From Lentimicrobiaceae bacterium (GTDB lineage Bacteria > Bacteroidota > Bacteroidia > Bacteroidales > JALOCA01), in NCBI GenBank assembly GCA_023227965.1, contig JALOCA010000005.1:36948-100947 (forward strand): DNA of 64,000 nucleotides, given 5' to 3'. The translations under genes were made by a program, and so were the position numbers. Shown here in pieces: positions 10,780 to 20,100 of the stretch. Numbering within the stretch: the stretch's first letter is position 1; every line of letters begins with the position of its first letter. Under the pieces are notes generated by a model. That model was not told the origin of the DNA. It did not search any database and saw only the letters and a program-made list of their open reading frames with translations.

Positions 10780-11340
10780 CTATGCTTTTGGTATCCAAAG
10801 AATTTCGGTTGCATTTTCTATTTGTGAAATTCTACGGGCTAATACAAAAAGATAATCAGAAAGTCGGTTGAGGTATTTAATAACATTATTGTCTATTTTG
10901 GTTTTCTCAGCAAGGTGCACCGTAATGCGTTCGGCACGCCTACATACGCAGCGGGCGACATGACAAAATGCATTAGAAGGATGTCCTCCGGGTAAAATAA
11001 AATTTTTTAAAACCGGCAGATTCGCATTTATGGAATCTATTTCCTGTTCGAGAAATCGCACATCGTCTTCTGAAAGAAAAGGTAGAATTTTGTCGGGAGG
11101 GGCAGTATCGGTTGCCAACAGTGATTCTGCTATAAAAAGATGTTGTTGAATTTTGAAAAGCACATCTTGCAAGTGGGCTTCGTTTATAAGATCCCTCAGC
11201 AGCCCTATATAGGAATTCAATTCATCTACAGTACCGTATGCTTCTATCCGGAGGTCGTATTTTTTAACTCTTTTTCCGCCAATCAAAGCGGTTTCGCCTT
11301 TATCCCCTGTTTTTGTGTATATCTTCCATTCGTTGTTCAT
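10780..11340 (-). CDS. ATP:cob(I)alamin adenosyltransferase, PduO-type
   Basis: 'IYTKTGDKGETAL', 'RIEAYGTVDELNS' and 'ARCVCRRAER' are typical of the PduO/MMAB family. Confidence 0.85.
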   Translation of the reverse strand: MNNEWKIYTKTGDKGETALIGGKRVKKYDLRIEAYGTVDELNSYIGLLRDLINEAHLQDVLFKIQQHLFIAESLLATDTAPPDKILPFLSEDDVRFLEQEIDSINANLPVLKNFILPGGHPSNAFCHVARCVCRRAERITVHLAEKTKIDNNVIKYLNRLSDYLFVLARRISQIENATEILWIPKA

Positions 11341-11345
11341 GCATA

Positions 11346-12074
11346 TTATTTTTGTTGTTCCTGGTAAAATTCCATTGTTCTGGGTTTTTCGTTCAATTCA
11401 TCGGAAGCAATTTGCCCGTCAATCAGCCGGATAATACGATGCGAGTGCCGTGCAATGTCTTCTTCGTGGGTTACAACAATGATGGTATTCCCGGCTTTGT
11501 GCACTTCTTCCAGCAAGCCCATTATTTCTATTGAGGTTTTTGAATCGAGGTTACCGGTAGGTTCGTCAGCAAGTATGATGGAGGGTTGGTTTACCAATGC
11601 CCTTGCTATAGCAACTCTTTGCCGTTGACCGCCTGAAAGTTCATTAGGTTTGTGGTTGATGCGGTCGTCGAGTTGTACATGCTGCAAAACTTTTCTCGCC
11701 CATATCATTCTCTCGTTTTTTCCTATGCCTGCATAAATTTGCGGAAGCATTACATTATCCAGCGCAGTGGAACGGGGAAGCAGATTAAACGTTTGGAAGA
11801 TAAAACCGATTTCTTTGTTCCGGATTTCGGCAAGGCGGTTGTCGTTGAGCCGGCTCACATCCTGTTCGTTTAGAAAATAATGTCCCGAAGTAGGGGTGTC
11901 AAGACATCCGAGAATATTCATCAATGTAGATTTTCCGCTCCCGGAAGGACCCATAAGGGCAACAAATTCATTTTTGTAAATGGTAAGTGAAACTGAACGG
12001 AGTGCCCTTACAATTTCGGTTCCCACCCTGTAGTTCTTAACGATATTTTTCAGATTGATAACTTCTTTTTCCAT
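11346..12074 (-). CDS. ABC transporter ATP-binding protein (MacB/LolD-like)
   Basis: Walker A 'GPSGSGKST', signature '[15 protein letters not shown]', Walker B '[11 protein letters not shown]'. The start is placed at '[11 protein letters not shown]'. The ORF itself extends to 12098. Confidence 0.9.
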   Translation of the reverse strand: MEKEVINLKNIVKNYRVGTEIVRALRSVSLTIYKNEFVALMGPSGSGKSTLMNILGCLDTPTSGHYFLNEQDVSRLNDNRLAEIRNKEIGFIFQTFNLLPRSTALDNVMLPQIYAGIGKNERMIWARKVLQHVQLDDRINHKPNELSGGQRQRVAIARALVNQPSIILADEPTGNLDSKTSIEIMGLLEEVHKAGNTIIVVTHEEDIARHSHRIIRLIDGQIASDELNEKPRTMEFYQEQQK

Positions 12075-12107
12075 CAAGTTGAGGTTAAGTAAAATCAAAC
12101 AAAAGTA

Positions 12108-12914
12108 TTAAAAACGAATCAGAATATTCTGTCTTGTTATCCCCTGCTTAAAAAAAACAAAACCCATAAAAAAAACATCGAGCGTAAGAGTAACGGCAGG
12201 ATGATTACAAATTGCCAACCAGGCTTTTTCCATGTCTTCTGACCAATGAATATCGTCAAAAATAAGGATCGTGTTACTACGGGTTTTAGGTAAAATTGTT
12301 TCAAAATACCTTACGGTGGGTTCATAACGGTGGTTTCCGTCAATAAATACAATGTCAACAGCAGGCAATGATTGGAGCACTTCCGGTAGAATATGGTCAA
12401 AATGCCCCACGTTAAGTGAAATATTCTGTATTTTCAGTTTTTCAAAATTTTCAAGAGCAATTCCGGCTTTATTTGAGCAACCTTCCATGCAGTACAATCT
12501 GCTGTTGGGTGCGGCAAGGGCAAGATACAGAGAACTGATACCAAGTGAAGTTCCCATTTCGAGCAAAATCTCCGGTTCGGTATTTTTAACCAAACGATAT
12601 ATCAGTTCGCCAAATTTAGGGCGTATGGAAGTATTTCTTGTAATTTGTCTTAGCGTTTGATAACTCGTAGTGTATGGCTTATTCTGCGATTTTGCCCCAA
12701 AATCATTTACTTCAATTAGGCGGGTACTTTCCATCATTTCATTTCGGATGCTTCCGATTTTTGCATAATCAGGATACTGATATTTATCATCGAAAACTTT
12801 TGAAAGCAACTCGAAAACAAAAGGAGAATGAATATGGTATTTTGAAACAGCATGCAGAAAATAATGCATGTATCGTTTTATATAACTGAAGTTTAGCATA
12901 CAATAAATCAACAA
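12108..12914 (-). CDS. Class I SAM-dependent methyltransferase (O-methyltransferase-like)
   Basis: Motif I 'LEMGTSLGISSLYLA' and the acidic 'FIDGNH' block. The start codon is uncertain. Confidence 0.7.
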   Translation of the reverse strand: MLIYCMLNFSYIKRYMHYFLHAVSKYHIHSPFVFELLSKVFDDKYQYPDYAKIGSIRNEMMESTRLIEVNDFGAKSQNKPYTTSYQTLRQITRNTSIRPKFGELIYRLVKNTEPEILLEMGTSLGISSLYLALAAPNSRLYCMEGCSNKAGIALENFEKLKIQNISLNVGHFDHILPEVLQSLPAVDIVFIDGNHRYEPTVRYFETILPKTRSNTILIFDDIHWSEDMEKAWLAICNHPAVTLTLDVFFMGFVFFKQGITRQNILIRF

Positions 12915-12973
12915 ATTGATCCGGGGAAATTACGGTTGGTTAAAGATACAAATAATTATTACACGGTAATGTG

Positions 12974-12981
12974 TATTTTTG
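12974..12981 (+). promoter_or_regulatory. Bacteroidota -7 box (TAnnTTTG) upstream of the UbiA-family gene
   Basis: 'tatttttg' lies 17 nt upstream of the ATG at 12999. Confidence 0.4.
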
Positions 12982-12998
12982 CATCTGAAATCAAAAAA

Positions 12999-13871
12999 AT
13001 GAATAAAATCTGTTTTACTAAAGTTTCGAATTATCTGTCGCTGGTAAAATTTGCACATACAATTTTTGCATTGCCCTTTGCATTTATAGGATATTGTATT
13101 TCCATTAATCCACAGCATCCCTTTGAATGGAAGTTATTTTTATTATTACTTGGTTGTATGTTTTTTGCACGTAATGCAGCAATGGCATTCAACAGGTTTA
13201 TTGACAGGGAATATGATAAATCGAATGCAAGAACAGCATTTCGCGAAATACCATCACAAATAATCAAACCTTTCTCGGCTCTTAATTTTGTTATTATCAA
13301 CAGTATCATTTTTGTTATTTTTACTGGATTTATCAATTCACTATGTTTGATTCTTTCTCCGGTTGCCCTTCTGGTAATTTTAGGATATAGTTATACCAAG
13401 CGGTTTACCAGTCTGTCGCATCTTTTGCTGGGATTAGGATTATCTTTAGCTCCTATCGGAGCTTATTTAGCTGTTACTTCCCGTTTTGATGTTCTGCCCT
13501 TGATTTTTTCTGCATTGGTATTAACCTGGGTTGCGGGATTCGATATTATTTATTCGCTTCAGGACTATGAATTTGACAAATCAAACGGATTAAAATCTAT
13601 TCCTGCATTTCTGGGGATAACAGGTGCTTTGCGGATTTCTATTTTTTTACACATTTTGTCAGCAGGGTTAACCCTGTTTGCCGGTTGGTTCGGAAATTTT
13701 GGAAACATATATTTTGGAGGTGCATTCCTGTTCATCGGAATGCTTATTTATCAACACCTCTTAGTAAAGCCCAATGATCTGAGCCATTTAAATCTTGCAT
13801 TTTTTACAACCAACGGTATAGCCAGCTTAGTCTTTGCAGCATTTACCATCACCGATATTTTTCTGAAATAA
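12999..13871 (+). CDS. UbiA-family aromatic prenyltransferase (4-hydroxybenzoate polyprenyltransferase / MqnP-like)
   Basis: Asp-rich motifs 'NRFIDREYD' and 'DIIYSLQDYEFD' with about 8 TM helices. The start is moved to 'MNKICF' because of the -7 box. Confidence 0.85.
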   Translation: MNKICFTKVSNYLSLVKFAHTIFALPFAFIGYCISINPQHPFEWKLFLLLLGCMFFARNAAMAFNRFIDREYDKSNARTAFREIPSQIIKPFSALNFVIINSIIFVIFTGFINSLCLILSPVALLVILGYSYTKRFTSLSHLLLGLGLSLAPIGAYLAVTSRFDVLPLIFSALVLTWVAGFDIIYSLQDYEFDKSNGLKSIPAFLGITGALRISIFLHILSAGLTLFAGWFGNFGNIYFGGAFLFIGMLIYQHLLVKPNDLSHLNLAFFTTNGIASLVFAAFTITDIFLK

Positions 13872-13872
13872 T

Positions 13873-14271
13873 CTAAAAATGTAGTTTATGGTAGTCGAAA
13901 TGTTGGCTATCGCGAAATTGATTTATTTTATGGGAAAGATGGATAAAAATTTCCAGGTCATTTTGACGTAGAAAAGCAATAGCTTCCGGATCCCGATTGC
14001 ATGCATTGGCAAAAACTACCAGAAAATCAAAATTATGTTGTCTTAGCCATAACAAGGCTTTAACATCATTATCAATGGCGTTGTCGAGTGCAGCAAGTTG
14101 CGGATACCCATTCACCATCAACCATTGGAAGGCTTCCCGGCTCCCCCTTATGCAGGAAGACAAAGCAGCAAGCTCAGGATAGCCATTGTTTAACAACCAT
14201 TTATATAAAGCATCGTTATTATCAAAAGTCTCACCAAAAGCTAATAAAACCTTAACTGGATAATTTTCCAT
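13873..14271 (-). CDS. Hypothetical protein built from four ~25-aa helical repeats
   Basis: Internal repeats 'ALYKWLLNNGYPELAAL', 'EAFQWLMVNGYPQLAAL', 'KALLWLRQHNFDFLVVF', 'EAIAFLRQNDLEIFIHL'. No family recognised. Confidence 0.55.
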   Translation of the reverse strand: MENYPVKVLLAFGETFDNNDALYKWLLNNGYPELAALSSCIRGSREAFQWLMVNGYPQLAALDNAIDNDVKALLWLRQHNFDFLVVFANACNRDPEAIAFLRQNDLEIFIHLSHKINQFRDSQHFDYHKLHF

Positions 14272-14319
14272 GAAAAATTATGTTATGAACTAACAAAAAT
14301 AAAAAGCAATCCGGTACAA

Positions 14320-15054
14320 TTATATCCAACCTCTAAGTTTATAATAGGCTATGCCGAAAATTTCACGGGTTATGATAAGTTCAAACTTCAGGTGATTCCA
14401 AAATTGGTAACGCAACTGCAGATTTTTTCCTATTGAAGGAATCAGTATTTTTTCCCCACCCAGTTTCGTATCATTAAATGTAATATCGGCTTCAATTCCT
14501 TTATCAAATGCCGGGAAGCCGTTTATGTTGCTAAATCCAGCTTTTTCAAAAGTTTTTATTGCCCTGATCATATGTTCGGGAGTAGTTACGATTGTAATCG
14601 GGTTTTTTACGATTTTCCCTTGTAAATAGCCTGCAATTTCAATAGCCTGCGAACGGGTATTTGTACCTTTTACCTCACATACAATACGCTCAGTGAATAC
14701 TCCCCGGATTATCATTTCCCTTTTCATCAAACGAATTGCGCTGGTACTATCTTTCATATCGCCTGGCAATGCAATAATTACCTTTGATTCCGGAAATTTT
14801 TCAGCCAGGCATGCTGCATGGTAGGTTCTGATTAATCCATCCTGGCTGGGCATTCCGCCACCACCGAGTACCACAATAAAATCAGGGGGCTGTGTAATTG
14901 TAGAGTGATAGGTCCCAAAATAAAAAAATACCCAAAAAGGAAGTGTAGTAAAGGCCAAAATGATAAGAATCAAAAAATATCCACCAGACAAATATAGCAA
15001 CCATTTAAAAAATATTTTAAATAATTTCAAATATTTACGTTTGCTTTTTCCCAT
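14320..15054 (-). CDS. YdcF/DUF218-family membrane-anchored protein
   Basis: N-terminal TM segments followed by 'FIVVLGGGG', as in DUF218. Confidence 0.7.
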   Translation of the reverse strand: MGKSKRKYLKLFKIFFKWLLYLSGGYFLILIILAFTTLPFWVFFYFGTYHSTITQPPDFIVVLGGGGMPSQDGLIRTYHAACLAEKFPESKVIIALPGDMKDSTSAIRLMKREMIIRGVFTERIVCEVKGTNTRSQAIEIAGYLQGKIVKNPITIVTTPEHMIRAIKTFEKAGFSNINGFPAFDKGIEADITFNDTKLGGEKILIPSIGKNLQLRYQFWNHLKFELIITREIFGIAYYKLRGWI

Positions 15055-15182
15055 ATCAAAGCAATAATTATTTCTTGCCTGTTTTTAATGAATTTAGTGA
15101 GTGTTTGTAGGTTTTGTGTAAATAATTTAATAATGATAATACATTACTGAAATAATTTCACAAATAAATATTTAATAAATTC

Positions 15183-16211
15183 CTATATTTTTGCTTCGTC
15201 AAATAATTTTCCCCAACATTTAAAGTTTCTTTTTTGCCAATCTCCTTTGTGGTAAAGATAGCTGGCAATCAATGGTAAAACAGAAGTAGCTTCAGCATAC
15301 ACCATTTGTTCGTACACAGTATCCACTTTGCCCCAGGAAGAAGCCTCTTTAAGGGTTGAACTGGAACAGGCACCATCACGGACATCTGCAACGGTAATTT
15401 GAACGGCATACTTGTGCATCGGAACTTCTTTCCCTAAAATCTCTGCACAAATTACAGTATCCTGAGTAAAGTTTTTAGGCACCCCCCCTCCTATCATAAA
15501 TAATCCGGTAATGGGTGCTGCCATTTTTATCTTTGTGAGCTCCAGAAAATCTTTAACAGAGTCAATGGAAACATGTTTGCCAGGGTTTTCCCATTGGTGT
15601 TTTACCAAGCCAAAACCGGCACTGCTATCGGTAAAAGCCGGACAAAAAATCGGCACATCATTTTCGAATGCTACTTGTACAAGGGAGTCTTTTTTTACCG
15701 AATGTTTGGTAAGGTATCTTCCCATTTCGCGGATAAATTCCCTGGAAGAATAAGGTCGCTTTTCTAAGGAATCTGCAATGGTTTTTACAGCAGAATCGCA
15801 GTTTTGTAATTCTTTTTCATCAATATAGGTATCGTAAATGCGGTCAATATACAGCGCACGGAGCTGCTTGTCATCGGCATAGGGGCTTCCTTTGTAATGT
15901 TTGTAACCTAATGCCTCAAAAAAGTCCATGTCCACTATGGAGGCACCTGTAGCCACTATTACATCTATCATTTTATTTTTAACCATGTCAACATACACTT
16001 GCATGCAGCCACCCGCACTGGTACTCCCTGCGAGTGTAAGTATTATAGTACAATCATTTTCATTGATCATACGATCGTAAATATCAGCAGCAGAAGCCGT
16101 GTCCCGCGATGTAAACGACATTTCGCGCATGGCATTAATTAAAGATGTAGTATCAATAGATTTAATGTCAATATGCTGTACAATGTTTTTCAGTAGGTCG
16201 CTTTTTTTCAT
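15183..16211 (-). CDS. Deoxyhypusine synthase-like protein (candidate homospermidine synthase)
   Basis: 342 aa with DHS-family blocks ('LTLAGSTSAGG', 'IVATGASIVDMDFFEA', 'MIGGGVPKNF'). Lies immediately downstream of the agmatinase and arginine decarboxylase genes. Confidence 0.8.
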   Translation of the reverse strand: MKKSDLLKNIVQHIDIKSIDTTSLINAMREMSFTSRDTASAADIYDRMINENDCTIILTLAGSTSAGGCMQVYVDMVKNKMIDVIVATGASIVDMDFFEALGYKHYKGSPYADDKQLRALYIDRIYDTYIDEKELQNCDSAVKTIADSLEKRPYSSREFIREMGRYLTKHSVKKDSLVQVAFENDVPIFCPAFTDSSAGFGLVKHQWENPGKHVSIDSVKDFLELTKIKMAAPITGLFMIGGGVPKNFTQDTVICAEILGKEVPMHKYAVQITVADVRDGACSSSTLKEASSWGKVDTVYEQMVYAEATSVLPLIASYLYHKGDWQKRNFKCWGKLFDEAKI

Positions 16212-16226
16212 TTTAGAATAAAAATT

Positions 16227-17087
16227 TTATTCAATATGGTTAATAAATTTAAAAGTAAGCATCTGGTGAGTAAGTTTTGCAGCCAAAAATTCTGGAGCCT
16301 TGTTATATTTTACTGGACATAATTCCACGATATCAAAGCCGACAACATTGGCTTTTGCAAAAACAGATTTCAATATATCAAGTATTGTGTACCACCCAAG
16401 ACCACCGGGTTCAGGTGTTCCTGTAGCCGGCATGACAGAAGGATCAAATACATCAAGATCAAAAGTGATGTACACGTTTGGGGTAAGTTTATTAAGCATT
16501 TCATACATAAATGCCGATTTATTGTCAATAATTCTATCGGCATAAAAAACGCGATCCGATTCAATTTTTTCACGTTCTTCTACGCTCATACTTCTAATAC
16601 CTATCTGCATAACAGGTAACCCCATTTCTTTCACCCTCGCCATTACGCAAGCATGGTTGTACTGGCTTCCATCGTATTCATCACGCATATCTGCATGTGC
16701 ATCAAATTGCACTATAGTAAGTTCATCATATTTTTCTGCATGGGCTTTTATCGTACCAATACTTACCGAATGTTCTCCTCCGATAACAACAGTAAATTTA
16801 TTTTTTTTAAGATACTGTTTTGTTTGTTCATATACTTTCTGAACCATTTTTTCAGGACGTCTTTCTGCCTTAACAAAAGGAGCTGTAAAAATACCTTTTG
16901 TATGCACTTCGCTATCGGTTTCAATATCATAAATTTCCATATTTTCCGATGCTTCAATTAAAGCAGCAGGACCCTTATCCGCTCCTTTTATCCAAGTACT
17001 GGTTCCATCATAAGGTACGGGTAATATCACTATTTTGGAAGAATCCTGTTTGGAAAATTCTTCCGGAAGTCCACCATAATTCATCAC
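16227..17087 (-). CDS. speB: Agmatinase (ureohydrolase family)
   Basis: Arginase-fold Mn ligand blocks 'IGGEHSVS', 'QFDAHADMRD', 'ITFDLDVFDPS'. Confidence 0.85.
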   Translation of the reverse strand: MMNYGGLPEEFSKQDSSKIVILPVPYDGTSTWIKGADKGPAALIEASENMEIYDIETDSEVHTKGIFTAPFVKAERRPEKMVQKVYEQTKQYLKKNKFTVVIGGEHSVSIGTIKAHAEKYDELTIVQFDAHADMRDEYDGSQYNHACVMARVKEMGLPVMQIGIRSMSVEEREKIESDRVFYADRIIDNKSAFMYEMLNKLTPNVYITFDLDVFDPSVMPATGTPEPGGLGWYTILDILKSVFAKANVVGFDIVELCPVKYNKAPEFLAAKLTHQMLTFKFINHIE

Positions 17088-17154
17088 AATAATTTTAAAT
17101 TATCATCTGTATTTTTGAAGGTATAAAAATACTACAATTTTCATTTATACAAAA

Positions 17155-18546
17155 CTAATATCCGAGCACTTTCAGCATAGATTTGTGACTCTGTTCTTTA
17201 GCAAATAATTTAGTAGTATATTCACCTTCTTCATCCAAATCAATAATAATGTGTTTGGGTGCAGGAATCAGGCAATGTTGAATGCCACCATAACCACCTA
17301 TGGATTCCTGGTAGGCTCCCGTATGAAATAATCCCAAATATAAAGGTTCTTCAGCACGTAATTTGGGTAAAAATATGGCATTGGAATGGGCTTCCGCATT
17401 GTAATAATCTTCACTGTCGCAGGTAAGTCCCCCAAGAAATACCCTTTCATACTCATTGTCCCAATGATTGATTGCTAACAAAATAAATTTTTGATTTACC
17501 GCCCACGTATCCGGCAAAGTGGTCATAAATGAACTGTCAATCATATTCCAGAGCTCACGGTCGTTCTGTTGTTTTTGGTCAATGATAGAATACAGTGTTG
17601 CACCGCTTTCTCCAACGGTATAGGAACCGAATTCAGTAAAAATATCGGGTTCGGGTGTTTTATTTCTTTCGCAAACACTTTTTACCTGTGCAATGATTTC
17701 TTCAGCCATATATTCATAATCAAAGTCGAAGCTTAAAGAATTTTTAATAGGGAAGCCTCCGCCTATGTTTAAAGAATCCAGCTCAGGGCACACTTGTTTT
17801 AACTCACAATATAAATTTACGCAGCGCGACAGCTCATTCCAAAAGTAAGCAGAATCTTTTATCCCGGTATTAATAAAGAAATGTAACATCTTTAACTGAT
17901 AACGGGAGTTAGGTTTAATCTTCTCAAGATAATATGGAATAATGTCAGTATATCGAAAGCCTAATCTCGAAGTATAAAATTCAAACTTAGGTTCTTCTTC
18001 CGCAGCAATCCGAATACCTATTTTACAATCTTCAGTAAGTAATTCTGAATATTTGTCTAATTCGAATTTATTATCCAGGATAGGTATGGTATTTATAAAA
18101 CCATTATTGATTAAGTTACAAATATTTTCAATATATTGCGGACGTTTAAACCCATTACAAATGATAAAATTATCCTTTTTAAAAAGTTCGGTTTCATGTA
18201 ATTGTTCTATAATAGGTATATCAAAAGCAGATGAAGTTTCAATATGCACCTCATTTTTGAGTACTTCTTCAAGTATAAATGAAAAGTGGGAACTCTTTGT
18301 GCAATAACAATAGTGATAATTTGCATTATAGTCGGCTTTTGCCATTGCCACATTGAACATCTTTTTAGCCTTCTGAATCTGGTGCGAAATTTTGGGCAAA
18401 TAGGATATTTTTAAGGGAGTTCCGTATTGTTTGATAACATCCATCAAAGGAATATCATTAAAATATAATTCATTATCAACAACATGAAACTCGTTCTGTG
18501 GAAAGTCAAATGTTTGTTCAATCAAATCGATATACTTGTTTTTCAT
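17155..18546 (-). CDS. Arginine decarboxylase, short alanine-racemase-fold PLP enzyme
   Basis: 463 aa with group IV decarboxylase blocks ('YCTKS' Lys region, 'LNIGGGFPI', 'GGLTCDSEDYY'). The context with speB supports arginine as substrate. Confidence 0.75.
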   Translation of the reverse strand: MKNKYIDLIEQTFDFPQNEFHVVDNELYFNDIPLMDVIKQYGTPLKISYLPKISHQIQKAKKMFNVAMAKADYNANYHYCYCTKSSHFSFILEEVLKNEVHIETSSAFDIPIIEQLHETELFKKDNFIICNGFKRPQYIENICNLINNGFINTIPILDNKFELDKYSELLTEDCKIGIRIAAEEEPKFEFYTSRLGFRYTDIIPYYLEKIKPNSRYQLKMLHFFINTGIKDSAYFWNELSRCVNLYCELKQVCPELDSLNIGGGFPIKNSLSFDFDYEYMAEEIIAQVKSVCERNKTPEPDIFTEFGSYTVGESGATLYSIIDQKQQNDRELWNMIDSSFMTTLPDTWAVNQKFILLAINHWDNEYERVFLGGLTCDSEDYYNAEAHSNAIFLPKLRAEEPLYLGLFHTGAYQESIGGYGGIQHCLIPAPKHIIIDLDEEGEYTTKLFAKEQSHKSMLKVLGY

Positions 18547-18810
18547 CGTGTAAATGATTTAAATTACAAAAGGACAGCAAAAGTACTTTATTTCACCGAA
18601 TATATCAAAAAGTATATAATCCAAAACACTTAGATTGGCAAAAAAAAATGAAAGTAAATAACCCGGATTGGCAAAATTTTAAAATTAAAAGTTAAATGAA
18701 CTTCAAAAAAACTTCAATTTCAAAAAATATCATTGATAATGAATAAAAAAACCTGTTTCGACTTAATTCAGTAAAACAAGCTGATAAAAGGAATTAAACT
18801 TATACGATTG

Positions 18811-19455
18811 CTAAGAACAGCCTCCGGATGCACCTTTCTTTTTCGTTTTTTTCATCAATGCCGGCTTGGCTACTGAAGTAGGTACAACCTTAGCAGAAGG
18901 CATCTGAACAGCAGAACTTCCGCCAACCACCATAGAAGCACCTTTACGCAAATCATATTTAACAAACTCATCGTCAGGGCTTGTGGCAGGAGGTACAGAT
19001 GGATTTAAAATGGTTTCTACCCAATAGTTTAAGCCTCCCTGTAAAACATAATTATTAACATAGCCTAATTGTCGTGTAATCATCCAGGCTTCATCCGCCT
19101 GCAAAGTGCCGTTGCTGTAAAAAACATTCATTTTGGCGCCTTGGTTAAATATATCTTCAAATTCAGAAGATAGCAAACTACTCAGCGGAATATTAATTGC
19201 TCCCGGAAGACTGTATTTATCAAATTCCTTTTTGCTGCGAACATCTATTAGCTGCAACGAAGGATCTTTATTAACAATCATTTCTGCAACAGCATCTGTT
19301 GTAATAAATTGGTTACCTGCCTGTATTTCTTCCAACAACTTATCGGCTGAAAACTTATTTGGCTGCGTGGTATTTTTAGGTATAGCAGCAATAATAAGAG
19401 CCAGAGAAACAATAACAACAGATAATATTACACGTGGTTTGAAATATTTTTCCAT
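18811..19455 (-). CDS. Membrane-anchored rhodanese-like protein lacking the loop Cys, with a C-terminal ...GGCS tail
   Basis: N-terminal hydrophobic anchor. Rhodanese blocks 'LIDVRSKKEF..LPGAINIPL' and 'YVLQGGLNYW'. The active-site loop reads 'VFYSNGTLQA' with no Cys. The only Cys is the penultimate residue ('KKTKKKGASGGCS*'). Confidence 0.75.
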   Translation of the reverse strand: MEKYFKPRVILSVVIVSLALIIAAIPKNTTQPNKFSADKLLEEIQAGNQFITTDAVAEMIVNKDPSLQLIDVRSKKEFDKYSLPGAINIPLSSLLSSEFEDIFNQGAKMNVFYSNGTLQADEAWMITRQLGYVNNYVLQGGLNYWVETILNPSVPPATSPDDEFVKYDLRKGASMVVGGSSAVQMPSAKVVPTSVAKPALMKKTKKKGASGGCS

Positions 19456-19476
19456 AACGTATTTTTTAAAATTATT

Positions 19477-20100
19477 TTAATACTCTTCTCTCGGAAATTT
19501 CTTTTCAGCCCATTCTCCGGCCCAAAACATAACTACCGCTGCAATAATTACAAGCAATGCCATCAACCCGTCGGAAAGACCAAAAAAGTCGGAAATTTTT
19601 GGTGACCCTAAAAACTTAGCCATATACAAACCCTCTTCTAAGGGATAGGCTTCTGCGAAAATGAATATTCCTAAAAACAAGCCAATTACGAATACCATAC
19701 CATCTATTTTTCCGATGGCAGCGCCACAAATTCCTGTCCCAGGGCAAAAACCTCCGATGATAAATCCTATACCCATGATTATTCCACCAACAATGGTTGA
19801 GTATAAATAGGTTTCGTTAACAAATACCAAACTAAGATCCAGCCATCCGAAAAGGCTGAAAAATAGCATTCCCAACATTGCAGTGATAGCTCCGGTAAAA
19901 AACACTTTCAGCACTACAGTGTCGTATCCATAAAAAACACCTGCCAGCTTACGGCTGGAAGAAAAGCCTGCCTGTTCCAAAACAAAGCCAAATCCCAAGC
20001 CAATGAAAAAAGCAAGAAACAGGTTCGTATTTTCTGATATTATTTCATTTACAATTAAAGGTCCCATAATCAAAACAATGTTAAATTTAACTAAATCCAA
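19477..20100 (-). CDS. YeeE/YedE-family sulfur-compound transporter half (subunit 2)
   Basis: Polytopic protein with the conserved 'GGFCPGTGICGAA' Cys motif. Overlaps the upstream half-gene by 10 nt. Confidence 0.8.
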   Translation of the reverse strand: MDLVKFNIVLIMGPLIVNEIISENTNLFLAFFIGLGFGFVLEQAGFSSSRKLAGVFYGYDTVVLKVFFTGAITAMLGMLFFSLFGWLDLSLVFVNETYLYSTIVGGIIMGIGFIIGGFCPGTGICGAAIGKIDGMVFVIGLFLGIFIFAEAYPLEEGLYMAKFLGSPKISDFFGLSDGLMALLVIIAAVVMFWAGEWAEKKFPREEY

